NCBI GenBank assembly: GCA_010093605.1
Contig: MU004184.1
Location: forward strand, 816,801 to 880,800
Source of the DNA: Lophium mytilinum
Lineage: Eukaryota
DNA length: 64,000 nt
Direction: 5' to 3'
The notes below the pieces were generated by a model that saw only the letters and a list, made by a program, of their open reading frames with translations, had not been told where the DNA came from and ran no database searches. This document shows positions 24,088-36,009 of this stretch, piece after piece. The position numbers and the translations under genes were made by a program. The first letter of the stretch is position 1, and each line of letters starts with the position of its first letter.

Positions 24088-27000
24088 CTGTGCGAAATGT
24101 TGGCATCGAGTGGTAAATGCGACTAGGGGAGGTCGCTGGCGGAAGAGCTCGCGTCATTGGGATTCACGCAGTCACGTGACAGTGGCGATGGCCATTTTTA
24201 AACCCAAAACCAAATTATTATTCTGTGATGATCCAAAGGGAGTACACACTTAGCTATGCTCCAGATTTCTGTGGACGTGTTAGAGCATCAAAAGCAGTAG
24301 CAGAACAGTGCACACGGATTAATGGTGAAGCACTACGTCAAGCTTTCTCGATACTTCGCGCTACATGCGTATGCTTACTGAGTTGCAGTAATATCTCTAG
24401 CTAATATACATATCTGAAAGGCCGATTCAAAAATCTAAGAGATTGAAGGGTGGTTCCATAAGGGCCTGTGGATGCTGGTGTAAGATACTGAATCTTAGTT
24501 GCTCCAGTTCGTCCGCGAGATACCTCCTCTGCCATCTCCCCTTACGGCTAATTTTCGACATTTCGTACATGGTTCTGGACAAGTTCGCAATTCTTGCAGC
24601 TAGGTTGAATGGGTCAAGTCCTATCTGGCCATTGAAATATCTGTGGATTTTGCGGTACTCTATTATGACTGTTTTGTTCTCCTCAAAGCGCTATAGGAAG
24701 CGTTAGCATGGTTATGGGAGTTGCAGCATCAATTCTTGCACCCGCTTACAAAATGAGGATGCCAACGTTCCCAGATCTCGCACCATGCGCAACCTGGACA
24801 GCCTCCCCACATAGGAGGTAATAGAGCATTCTGTGGAGTCTGAAGTCCGAGAAACGGGAAAGGGTGGTGATGATGAGGACACGGGCAGCCAGGTAGTCCG
24901 CACGGAGGCATTCTCAAAGAGAGAAACGAGAAATGGAGGAAACGTGAGCTGTATAGTGATTACTTAAGGTTTGGCTGCAAGATGTCAAACCGTCATCAAG
25001 AATCAAGTAAAGCAGGCACTTGAAAAAAGAGATGCGTTCATGAACGAGGGTGCTCAGAGATACTTATTTGCCGATGTATGTTTACTGACTAACACCTGCA
25101 TGGTGACTGCTGAATTGGATTGCAGACAAACAAATGGTAGCGGTGAGATCTAAGACGCCTCTGCAGCAACATTCGTGGTTGAGGAGAGGCGTAAAGACCT
25201 TACTTTAGAGTCAGGCCCACAGTAAGGAGTGGTATGGTTCAGAGCAAACACGATTTCGAGTTCGGTATGTAACATGCGGCTGCTTGCTTGTGCGACTTTG
25301 GTCCGAACTGTATGACAGTCAAACTTGAGTGAGTGGGAGGCGAAGCAAAAAAACGATGATTGCTAGATAGGAATCGCTTGCGTGGCGCCATGAGAGCATA
25401 GCCAACGATAGAAGGAATTGTCAAGAATATGCAAGGAAGTTTGAGATGGTAAGCACCAGTACCGCGTGAGACGGTCGGGTGGTTCGAGCGGAGTTGATTG
25501 CTCGAGCCAAACAGACGCGCGGCGATTCTTGACTGAGCTTGTATGTCAAGTCCATAAGAAGATTCTAGCCACGAGATCTTGACTCTAGATGACCTTAGAT
25601 GACCTTATCACGGTTTAGGTTCCTTACATTAGTAGTGAGGCGGGGGACGAAAAATTAGAGCGTGACATTGTAAATGGCGTATGATTATCACCGGCTGGGT
25701 TCTCTTGAGAGAAGCATGTACTGGTGCAAAAAAAAAAGGCAAAATAGACAAAAAGAAAACTGTGTATGACCACGCCAGGGGTCGCTATCACGAGGTTGTT
25801 AGTGATGATATCTTTGGCGCACATAGAAGATACTACTTACAACCTGGAATCTCTTGATTTCGACTGATCGTAGTCAAGCGCCTTGCCATTGGGCCACGTG
25901 GCCGTTTTGGGTTCCTGGCGAAAATTATTCAGCCTATATTCCCTCTGAGTTGAGGGTGCAAAAAAATCGGGCTAAGCGGCTGGGGTATGATTGTTCCCAC
26001 TTTCAACCTTTTCTCCACTTGGTTCATTTCCGGCTACCTGGGTACCAAGCCTCCGCATTAGTCTAGCATTGTGGGCGCTAGGTTCTGATACATATTCACT
26101 ACGCAATACCAAGTAGCATAGTTACTGCGCCGCAATAGCCTCCATAGAATGTTTACTTCATAGCGAATATTGGATTGTTGCTACTACATCCTTCGTCTCC
26201 GGGCCCACTATTCTCTCTACTTACTCCACATGCATATATTAGACCTATCGGAAAAGCTTCTCCCAACGTGCAGAAGAAACAGTGTCATTTCAGTAACCTG
26301 ATCATACGAGTGCCCCCGTGACGCTTCCTTTACTCAAAGAAGTATGACAGCAAGCATGATATGTCATTCAGAGCCTTGATCGTGCGAGGAAAGATGCCTG
26401 AAAATACCTCATGGATCCGAGAGATCTGTACTGTCAAATGACTAACTACTTTGGGCTTTCTCGTGTCCGAATTTAGATGCTGCGCAGTGAACGAATGAAG
26501 GACAACGAGGTGCCTTCTGGCAGCGTCAACAGATGCGACCCGGATGGCTCTAGTCTTTGGCCGCTTGAGAAAAATGGATTTACAGTTTTCGTTCAGAGGC
26601 TGCCTGAGGAGGGGGTCCCATAGAAGATGTAGGAGTGATCGTAATTACTGCTAGCCACGCCTAGGGAAATTCGAGTAGAAGCCACTGGGTCCCCGGGCGG
26701 AGCTACCAGGCGCATTGTGACGAGCAGCGGGAGAGAGGGTGGGGGCGTGACACATGGACACTGTTCCTAGTTACGATGTCGAGGCGTGCGTCCATTGAAC
26801 GATCGCTAAGCTCTCTTGTCTGTGCTATTGAGCATGAGCGTATGGTATAATCCAGCTTCTCCTTATGCTAGATGTGCTTCAGTCGCTCTAGGGGCTGGTG
26901 ACGTGTGTGTCAAGCGCGGGACCAGTCTATACCCTTCCCTTTGAAGAAGAATGAAGTAGGGTAGACGAGAGTTAGAGTATGGAAGTGAAGGTCTGATAGT

Positions 27001-27221
27001 AGGAAACACCGAAATATGTCCACGACACTTTCAATCCAGAGAGTAGATGTAGAGGACCCGAGGTCGCTGATTGCTTCAGAGGCTAAATAGCCATCAATCT
27101 TTTGAATGGTTTTATAGCCTACCATAAGGCACCAGAGTCCGGGTATCATGCCCAAATGCAACACATCGCCATTCCAAACGCCCAAGCAATGCAACCAGAG
27201 ACTCCCCGCCTAGAAACAGCC

Positions 27222-27924
27222 CTAGTTGTCCTGCTCAAATATCTTCGCAATAGGCTCCGCAGCCTCGATGAACTTCTCCAAGTCCCGATCAAGCTTCGCG
27301 AGGTCATCCTTCCGCTTCTTATTTTCAGCGATCAGGCCCTGCTTCTTCGTCAACAAGGCCTGCCGCTGCTTCTCCAACTCCCTTCTCTCGGCGTGCTCAT
27401 GCTCGATACGTGCGACCATCAGAGCGTTCTCGTCAGCGTTGCTATGCTCGGGGAATTTGTCAACAAAGTCTTCAGCGGGAATGAGAGGGAGCTGCTGATA
27501 CGTGTGACTATAGGAATTAGCTAGAATCCACAGAAGGGTCGCTTTCGACAAGCAAGTCAGAAACTCACTCATAGCCTTCACAGGCTCCAATCTCCCCCCT
27601 CAAATGCCTCTGCTCGTAATACAGGTTCTGCAGTTGCAGGTGCAGGGTATCGATTTCGTGTCTAGCCTCCGCCGTCGTCTGCTTCGTCTGCCGGGTACTG
27701 AAGATTGCGCGTCGATTCAGATTGCGCGCCTGTATCAAGTACGCGTTCAACAGCTGCTGTTGTTTCGAGATCTCTAGCTCAACTTCCTTGGGTGTGGGCG
27801 AGCCGGGGTTTCGGGGATGCTGGTCGAGAAGGTCAAGCAGTACGAGGCATTGCTTGCGCGCTTCGTCTGCCTTGACGAGAACGGAGCGAAGGAAGGGGTC
27901 GGTGACAATCTCGTCGGCCGTCAT
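27222..27924 (-). CDS. THO complex subunit 5 / Fms-interacting protein (FimP)-like protein
   Basis: Exon 1 27924-27569, intron 27568-27508, exon 2 27507-27222. TKQTTAEARHEIDTLHLQLQNLYYEQRHLRGEIGACEGYDHTYQQLPLIP...LMVARIEHEHAER is typical of the THOC5/FimP N-terminal domain. Confidence 0.85.
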
Positions 27925-28510
27925 TGTGAGGGTGTTGTCGGTGGAGCTGGCTGCTTTCACTGCGGGAGGAGGGTGAGAGGTTGAGGCGGATGCCTTTGAA
28001 GATGCACGGCTTCGTGCTATGTCGCTTTGGGACAAGGGCCCTTCTTGGATGATGCGCCCGCCGCTGCACTTGAAAATGGTTTTCATGTCGTCCATGCCTA
28101 TGGAAGGACCTTTTCAGTCTGTAGCCTGGAAACAAGCCTCTCCTTTCCCTGAATTGAGATCTTGGAAGGCACCTTGATGGCGTGGGAATTGATAGATATG
28201 ATCAGAATGGCTAGCGTCCTCGGCTGCTGGTGAAGTGAAGTCAGCAGGCAAAAAATATCAAGACGTTCATTCAGGCGACAATCATCACCACAAGAACAGA
28301 GATGCGCAGGCGCAACTACGTTATACTGTCCCCGATAATCAAATAATCTGCTGCCCATCCATCAATAGAACCTAGGCTTTCATGGACACCAGCACAAGCT
28401 GCCTCTTGCACTCACCTTCGCTGCACCCTCCGACGCCCCCTTGAACTTACGACGCATCCTCCCTTCAACAATCATAAAGAAAAACCCTCGGGGAAGAGCT
28501 ACTTCGCGAC

Positions 28511-29128
28511 ATGAGTAGCGCATTCCGATCACTGAAAGTCCGCGCCATTAAACCCACCTATACAACCAAGTATAGCTCCATCTACGCCCAGAACCAAATT
28601 CTTGGAGATCGATCTCACCCTCTCTACAAGAAGACGATCCGGCGCTACGAACAACGCGACACTTCAGGTCTATGGTGGTCTGCTACTACACCGACTTTTG
28701 GAAAGAAGAAAGTTGTTAGGTCGTGGGTGTTAAGAAGGATTCGACAAGCATTCAGCGAGGCACTCGAGGCACGAGGGCTTGACAAAGATGGCAAACCCGA
28801 GGCTGGAATAGGCAATGAGGCCCACGAGCAGAAGCTACTGAGTCTTTACGGCACACTACGCATTGGTGCGGACGACCGAGCTTCTACGGTGAAATATGAG
28901 GAGCTTCGCAAGGAGTGTGATGAGCTGGTAAGCGCAGTCATGAATCTGTGCTCCCGTGACAAGAAGACAGTCGACTCAAGCTCGACAATCCCTCAGTACA
29001 GACCTCGCGAAGACCGTCCGAGCAGCTCTAGTGATGCTGGCCCTCAGTCAATAGTAGCCGCAATGGCTCCTAGCGTGCCGCGTGAAAAAAGGAAAAGACC
29101 AAAACTCAGAGACGCGAAGCCAGTCTAG
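28511..29128 (+). CDS. Basic hypothetical protein, possibly mitochondrial, with RnpA-like helix motif
   Basis: 205-aa single-exon ORF with a basic, acid-free N-terminus and GLWW...FGKKKVVRSWVLRRIRQAFSEALEARGLDKDG. Confidence 0.65.
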   Translation: MSSAFRSLKVRAIKPTYTTKYSSIYAQNQILGDRSHPLYKKTIRRYEQRDTSGLWWSATTPTFGKKKVVRSWVLRRIRQAFSEALEARGLDKDGKPEAGIGNEAHEQKLLSLYGTLRIGADDRASTVKYEELRKECDELVSAVMNLCSRDKKTVDSSSTIPQYRPREDRPSSSSDAGPQSIVAAMAPSVPREKRKRPKLRDAKPV

Positions 29129-29883
29129 ATATAGCCGAGGAACCAATCGCACAGGACTTCTGGTTGATATGGATATCTATCAAGCAGTACTTCACTTTGT
29201 ATCGCCGTCTCCAGACCCTTCTCTTGATTTGATCTAATAACCTACAAAGCGGTACTATCTGTCTTATACCCCTTCTTTGTGAACACGCTACTCAAATAAC
29301 GAACCAGTTTATATCATCAAAATTTTATAACCTCTCCTTTTTGTGCATAGTACACAGGTTGCTGTGAGAGCTGTTGTCTCTTTAGCTTGACAAGTGGAGT
29401 GCAAACGAGCCATCTATGATGGTAAGTATAAAGGGTACCAAAATCAAGCCCCTAAATGTAACATAAAGCTCGACATCGTGCCTCTCACATCGTCGTTCCT
29501 CGACACTAGCAGCCTCACCTCTCTTTACCTCAAAGTAAACGGATATCCCTACTCTAGCCATGAGCTAATCCTTACTCCAAAAGACCGTCTACCACTAGAC
29601 AGGCCATGGCACTACTACGCAAAATTAGGCTTCAATGGGTTCCCGTTCGTCTTGACTAGCTGATCTAGGAGATGGATTCACAGCGCAGCAGCCTTGAGAG
29701 TCTCGAATACTACTCTTTCTACCTCCTGAACAGAATATGGCGTAGATGGAGGTTGTGTAGCTCCACGACGAGCATCCAACAGTTTAGTAAGGACAGCAGG
29801 TTGTACAATGAACGCTGCCAATCAAGTATAATTATACTTCGCATAGGGAACTGCCTGCATACCCCTCTTTCCACAGTATATCA

Positions 29884-30906
29884 TCACATCCCCTCAATCC
29901 TCCCTGTCAAATCAACGCACTCCACCTCCTCCTCTTTCTCTCCTCCTACCCTCCTCTCCCTTTCCCAAAATCCCGCCCAAAAACTCTTCAGCGCACCCCA
30001 CCCAACTCCTCTTCTCATCCCTGTCTCATCATCCCAACTCGAATGCAGCCCCACTAACTTCCCCATCCCGATTTCCACCAACGGCGCCCCCGAATGCCCC
30101 CAATACGTCCAACAATCATGCATCAGCGCCCCAATTTCCGTATTATCCTGCTCATCTTGCCCCTCGACATACCCCCTAAAAGCCCCGTAGCTCACATGCA
30201 ACACATCATACCCCGTCGGTACCCCGCCAACATCAGCTTCAAGGTCCTCGCTGCCGGGATGCCCGATACACAACAGCTTCGCTCCCGCTTTCGGCTCCGC
30301 GGGCGCCAGCGCAACGCAGGGGAACGCGCTGCCCGTGTCAAGGGGCGCGGAGGCGGCTACGATCTTGAGAAGGGCGAGATCGCGCTGGTGGTCGTAGGCG
30401 ACGCAGCGCGCTTCGACGACCTGGCCCGAGGAGAAGAGCAGCCAGTGCCGCGCGGAGAGGGAGAGCTCGGATGGGTGCTCGGCGACGCAGTGCGCACATG
30501 TGAGGAGCAGGCCGCTGGGGTGGACGCAGACGGCTGTGCCGCCGGCTTCTTGCGCGAAGACGAGAGTGGCGGCGATGGCGGAGGCGAGACGGTGCTGGGT
30601 AGATTTTGAGAGGAGGAGGGCGCGTTTTTGGCGCAGGAGGGCGAGGGCGCGGGTGGAGAGGCCGGTTGTCGTGGTCGTCAGGGTGGAGAGGAGCGTGATG
30701 GGTGGTGGCGGTATGGGTGTGGGTATAGATGGGAGAATTGAGATTGTAGACGACGCTGGCTGAGACGGGCTTGGTTCTTTGCTCTTGCTTTGCTCATCTT
30801 GCTCTTTCCGAGAACTTGATCTCGTACGTCGTTGGGTGGGCTCTGGTGCTAAGGTTGAAGAGGTGGATGTGTGTTTTTGTCGACGAGGTGGGGCTTTAGA
30901 GTCCAT
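29884..30906 (-). CDS. Trypsin-like (Trypsin_2) serine peptidase domain protein
   Basis: Catalytic triad contexts LLLTCAHCV (His), RDLALL (Asp) and TYWGHSGAPL (Ser). Disordered N-terminus from ATG 30906, no signal peptide. Confidence 0.85.
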   Translation of the reverse strand: MDSKAPPRRQKHTSTSSTLAPEPTQRRTRSSSRKEQDEQSKSKEPSPSQPASSTISILPSIPTPIPPPPITLLSTLTTTTTGLSTRALALLRQKRALLLSKSTQHRLASAIAATLVFAQEAGGTAVCVHPSGLLLTCAHCVAEHPSELSLSARHWLLFSSGQVVEARCVAYDHQRDLALLKIVAASAPLDTGSAFPCVALAPAEPKAGAKLLCIGHPGSEDLEADVGGVPTGYDVLHVSYGAFRGYVEGQDEQDNTEIGALMHDCWTYWGHSGAPLVEIGMGKLVGLHSSWDDETGMRRGVGWGALKSFWAGFWERERRVGGEKEEEVECVDLTGRIEGM

Positions 30907-31331
30907 TTGCGCTTCAGAATGGTCAGTGTGAACAATGGAATGAGGAGCACATGAGGAATACCTCTTTAGTACGTACCTCTTCGATGTACGTTGCTTCAGG
31001 CAACTGTCAAGTATTGTGCACAGCCCCGATGTAAGCCTCAAAAGTGAGTCATGGATCAGTGTACCAGATAAAACGCGAACGACATGGAAGATCGTGCAAA
31101 ACTTCAAGAGCACTTCAAGAGCTCATGTGAGATAGTAATAATGTGACTGAAAAGCGTGTGCTATTGGTGGTAACCCAATTTGGAATGAACTTCTCCCATG
31201 ATAGACCCCTCAAAAACGCCATACAACTGGTGCCTGACTATGCATCAAGCGGGTAACGCCTGGTTGAGGTCCTCGCTGGTGCCGTGAACGCCTTGATATG
31301 CAATCCGCCGGATGTAAAAATGAAAATGAAC

Positions 31332-32614
31332 TCAACCACTTAAACCATTGGACCCGATCTCGCTGAGAGAGCTGTCTTCTTTACTCAGTGTGAGCTTTAG
31401 CTTCTTTCGCGGTGATTCGTCCGCATCGCCATCTCGGTCTCTCTTCCCTTCTCCGCCTGCTTTCGACACCCCAGAGCCACTTTCAGCAGGCCTCGGCAAC
31501 CTTTTCGCAGCTATCGCAGCCTCCTTCTCTTGTGACTCCTTGCTAGTCTTTAGCTTAACCTTCAGCGTGCCGTCTTTGCCTCCTCGATCAGCCTTCTTAA
31601 CATACGAGCTCTTCTTCTTCTTTTTCTTCTCCGGTGTCTCATTGTCGTCCCCGTCGTCATCATCTCCGCCCCTCTTCACCGGGCTGATCCGTTTATCCTT
31701 CGCCCCAGCACCGCTCCCCTGTGAAGCCGGCACCGGTGTGCCCATACGGCTTCCTAGAGGAGTATTTCCCATCCCGCTGCCATTCCCATTTTGCCCAGTC
31801 AGCTTTGCCATAGCATTCCTTGAACTCTGACGCCCGTTTATACCCAGACACTTCTCCAGATGTTGTGCGAACCGCGTGATTAGCAAGCTGCGCTTGCAAT
31901 TCGGACAGGTATGCCAGGGAATGTAATGTGCAGGTTTACCGCCGGTATTGAGCTTAGGTTCACCGGTCATGTCTGTATCCTGTGATCCTGGCGTGCCGAC
32001 CGACTCCTTGTCCGCATTCTTAAGCTGCTGCTTCTGTAGCTCCCGCTCCTTTTTGCTCTTGGCCATGTCTGTGGGAAACAGGTTGCCATACACGTCGTGA
32101 CCCGGCCGCTGCACCCACGGATGCAGATTGCAATATTCCTTGGTCAAGTCTGGTGCCTGTGCCCCCTTCCCTGATGCAGGATACTTGAGGCGTGGTAGCT
32201 TGCAGTGCGGGCATATTATCTCGGTGGTTGTTTTAAGCGGGTTGCCCTTAAGATGTACTCGCTGCCCGTCCCAACTGGCGGCATCATTACTAATAGGAGG
32301 AGGCAGCGGCGGTGCGTGTGCGGTTTTGGCGGAGGGCTGCGAATCGAGCTGGGCGACGGCGAGAGATTCGACTTGTGTGGCGGCCGAGGACATGCGGAGG
32401 AGCTTCTCGGAGCGGTGGCAGGACAGGGCAATGCTAGACATGACATCGTAGAGGACATCTTCGAAAATGTGCTTCGTCTATAACCGTCTAGGTCAGCATC
32501 TGGGAGGAGATAGCCAGGGTATTGAACACATACAACTTCATCCAGGGTTGCCGGCGAGATCTGGACGCCAGACTTCAGGAGGTCCTCCAACTCAGCCGGC
32601 CCGTCCTCAAACAT
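31332..32614 (-). CDS. SGF11: SAGA deubiquitination module subunit Sgf11
   Basis: Exon 1 32614-32534, intron 32533-32478, exon 2 32477-31332. Zinc finger HTCPNCKRSLLITRFAQHLEKCLGINGRQSSRNA. Confidence 0.85.
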
Positions 32615-33256
32615 CGTGAATGGTGTGCTCGTCCGAATGTGACGTAGGGGGAGGGCTGGAGTAAGGTGAGGCTGCGGTCTTAATCAGTCATGCACGGGAA
32701 ACGAGTGTGGGTCCAGTATTCTGTCGAGTCCTCATCTCTCTCCAGGTGTACGGGCCAGGCTAGTAAAACGGGGTTTAAGTGGGAATAAGGCCGCTGTTTC
32801 AGACGCTTGAAATATATAGCCGCCGCCCGCTAGGCTTGCATGGGACTGGACTGGGGAAAGCTTGGCAAATGCGGGAAGATCTGATAAGATAGGGCTGGTC
32901 ACTTGTATGGGCAGCGTGGAGAAACTCGACCCGCGAACGAGAGAGGACTTTGTAGGGCTGACCGTGGGGTAATTTACTAGGTTCTGAGTTAGGAGGTCAT
33001 GACATTGACATGATCATTGATCGGAGCTCAAAAGCCAGGCTTGCTTCGCATAGGTAAGCGCTGCCCCAACACCAATCCAATCTACGCTTGATTCTGGAGT
33101 AAGTGGATATTTCAGGGCTACAGAGAAGTGGTTAGAGAATGAAGAAGAGCCAGCAGATGGAGCATTGTCGAATTGAACATGTGGTATTTATGAATTACGA
33201 AAAAGTCCGACAGGAAAGGTTGTCCCAGATCAAACAAGGGTATTTCCTGAAGCCTT

Positions 33257-35095
33257 CTACTTCTTCAGAGCAGCGTCCGCATCTTTTGCATAGCTCTTAC
33301 ACCAGCTCACCCACTCGCTAGCTGCCTTTTTCATTATCCGCCTCAGGTCTTCCTTCGCCTCCCGTACCTGCCACGCCTCATCCTGCTCAGGAGTGAGATG
33401 CTCAATCAAGCCCTTCGAGTCCTCCAAATCGAGTTCGTGGCCCTCCCTCTTCTTCGGTTGCCATCCGATAGCTTCTAGCACAGCCCACTCATTCACGTCT
33501 CCAATCCTCGCATCCAGCTGAGGAAACATGGAGAATTCGCGTTCCAGACACATCATCTCGAGATACCTGCTCATGACCTCAATCTGTGTGTTCGCTTGCA
33601 TGGACAACTGGATCCCCTTGTTCTTTCCCTTCACGTTGTGCTCAGCGCCGAATTCGTGCTCATGGTTTCCACAGGTGCATCCTTTAATTTCTGGCTTCTC
33701 CTCTGCAGCCTTCAATCCTTTCGTCATCTGTTTGCTCGTTTTGGCCCCGCGGATCGAAGAATGCGCCCACACAGCGGATACCTCCATCAAGCCGCCAAAG
33801 GTCAAGATAAGTGATAGGTCAACAGCAGCGGCGAAAGGGAGAAGGGACGAAGCGAGAACGGCATCACGTTGCGACTTGGTTCGTGTGCGAAGGAGTGACT
33901 CGACAAATTCGGCGCGGATTTGTTCGGGGTCTAGGGGTAGAGATGGTGGATATATGAGAGTTAAATCTTCTAGTGCTTTTGGTTTAGGCTCAGTCACTGT
34001 CGTTTTTGAGCGTTTCGGAGCGTTTGGGTTGAAATCGACCCCTGCCCCCATGACAGATAGAGCGCTCGGCAATGAGCTGGGCGACTCTGAAGTTTGCGAG
34101 GCATCTGGTGTCGGTGGTGGAGATTCCGGGACAGAAGATTCGATCGCTCCTACTGAGACCCGGTCAAGAAACTCCAGATTCGATGTCTTCGTCATTGAAA
34201 CACCCTTTCCGATGGCTCGAGTTGTCTTAGCCTTGAAGCCTTTCCAGGTAGCTCCGGACGCGTTGCTCATAGTTGCTTTACGTACGTCTTCCTGCCACGT
34301 CCTTTGCGTCTTGTGCCATTTGCTCTCCTTCTCGCCCGGTGCTGGCTTCGACAGCGGAGGAGTTGGTGGCGTGTAGACTAAGAATCGGTTTGGTACTTGG
34401 GCTGGATCTACACCTTGGAGCCTGGGTTTTGGGAATGGGACGAGATACGCTATGAGCTTCCCGGCCTCCCGGATGTGGTGGAGCGGTTCATGCGAGCCGA
34501 TCATCTTGATACTGGGGAGGCTGGAAGCAGAATCAGTGCGCTCCGTAGGCGGAGGCATGATGTCGAAACCAGCTTCACGGGCTTTAGCGGATTGCGCTGG
34601 GCCCATGTACTCAGGAGAAATGACAGGTTGAGAACTAGTGCTTGAACGGCCATGAGGAAGGGACGGTCGAGCTGACGCTGGGCTTTCTTGACTACTTCTC
34701 AGAGCACTCTGTTGAGAGCTTATGTGTGAGACGGGTCGGTTGGGGTTGCGTGGAGGAGGCACCGGTGCCTCGAAGTCTTCGTGGGGAGACATAACTAACT
34801 GAGGGCTGTTTTCACAGCTATACTCTATAGGCGCAATCTGAGGGGCTCCTGCTGATGGATCCTCGTAAGGTGGGGGAGGTTCGTCATCGCGGACATTTTC
34901 GGTAGCGCATTGAACAGAGAGACGTTCCATAGGGTCTTGACGAGACATATGACTTGGCGTTGCTTGAATTGATGATGTTTGACCTTGCTCCAATGGATTC
35001 TCGTCGTGTTGCGAGAACTGATCGTCCCCTTGTAGCTCTGACATGGCCGATGACCCCGACCGGTACACTGGTGAGAGTACCTCTGTGGAAGACAT
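33257..35095 (-). CDS. Conserved fungal hypothetical protein (Pro/Ser-rich N-terminus, PPxY motif, hydrophobic hairpin)
   Basis: Long ORF with PPPPYE, KLIAYLVPFPKP..RFLVYTPPTPPLSKP..KESKWHKTQRTWQEDVR and the hydrophobic LLPFAAAVDLSLILTFGGLMEVSAVW. Confidence 0.7.
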   Translation of the reverse strand: MSSTEVLSPVYRSGSSAMSELQGDDQFSQHDENPLEQGQTSSIQATPSHMSRQDPMERLSVQCATENVRDDEPPPPYEDPSAGAPQIAPIEYSCENSPQLVMSPHEDFEAPVPPPRNPNRPVSHISSQQSALRSSQESPASARPSLPHGRSSTSSQPVISPEYMGPAQSAKAREAGFDIMPPPTERTDSASSLPSIKMIGSHEPLHHIREAGKLIAYLVPFPKPRLQGVDPAQVPNRFLVYTPPTPPLSKPAPGEKESKWHKTQRTWQEDVRKATMSNASGATWKGFKAKTTRAIGKGVSMTKTSNLEFLDRVSVGAIESSVPESPPPTPDASQTSESPSSLPSALSVMGAGVDFNPNAPKRSKTTVTEPKPKALEDLTLIYPPSLPLDPEQIRAEFVESLLRTRTKSQRDAVLASSLLPFAAAVDLSLILTFGGLMEVSAVWAHSSIRGAKTSKQMTKGLKAAEEKPEIKGCTCGNHEHEFGAEHNVKGKNKGIQLSMQANTQIEVMSRYLEMMCLEREFSMFPQLDARIGDVNEWAVLEAIGWQPKKREGHELDLEDSKGLIEHLTPEQDEAWQVREAKEDLRRIMKKAASEWVSWCKSYAKDADAALKK

Positions 35096-36009
35096 GGCAA
35101 GATGTATGTACCTGATGATGTCTTGATGGAGATGGAAGCGCGAAGACTCTAGCTGACTAGAGATAGCACTGGTGGTGCTTATGTATCCCCAGGCATCAAC
35201 TTCAAACGTCCCCGCAGGTGCCGCGACTCGGGCGTATGCGTGCTGCAAGGATGACGAGTCTTCGCAACTGCGGCCGTATCAGGGATGCTGTAGTGTAGCC
35301 CTATTGGTGTATGCAGCCAGTCAGGAGAGGGAGCCAGGTGGGCAGTGCATCGCGTCTGGCTTCGGCCGCAACGGCCGTAATTCCTCCTCATCACGCTACT
35401 GACTGATCGACAGCGTTCAAGAAGGCTTAACTCCTACGTCTCACTACATAGCTATGTACTTAACTTCTCGAAAGCCAGTCAGGTTACCGGCGCAAACTTC
35501 TTTCGCAACGAGTGGTTGTTCTTATTGATTAGTATCAGAGTCAATCATGATCAGAAGTCTTCTAGCTGCCAGCCCGCATCTCTACCTCAATGCTGGGACG
35601 CGACCAAACCCCAAGGCTATGTACACTTGATGTAGATCCCAATCCCAGTGCTAACTCAAAATGACTCCACTTCCGAGCCTGGAGAAATTTATATCAGCAC
35701 GTGATATCCACTTGTCAAGAAATCATAAGCGTTCGCTGAATACTCATGATGGTAGGTGCACGAAGTACGAAAGTTAGAATACTCTCTTCGATCCTGACCA
35801 GTAAATCCATAACATCAGTAGTCATACCTCAGTATCTTCAAACCGCCCAAAACGTAATGATCAAGACATACTCCGAGAGGTGCCCTAATAAGCACATAAA
35901 TGCAGAAACATTAGCCAAATCCTTATATAACGCCCCAATCACCAATATTATAAATCCACAGACATTAGGGTATCAGAGTCTACATCACAGCTCCCTCCTC
36001 CCATCTCGG

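Noticed and set aside
24250..27100. Long gene-free interval with a 10-bp tandem duplication (TAGATGACCT x2, 25586-25605)
   Set aside because: No terminal repeats, transposase remnants, clear RIP signature or RNA-gene structure recognisable by eye.
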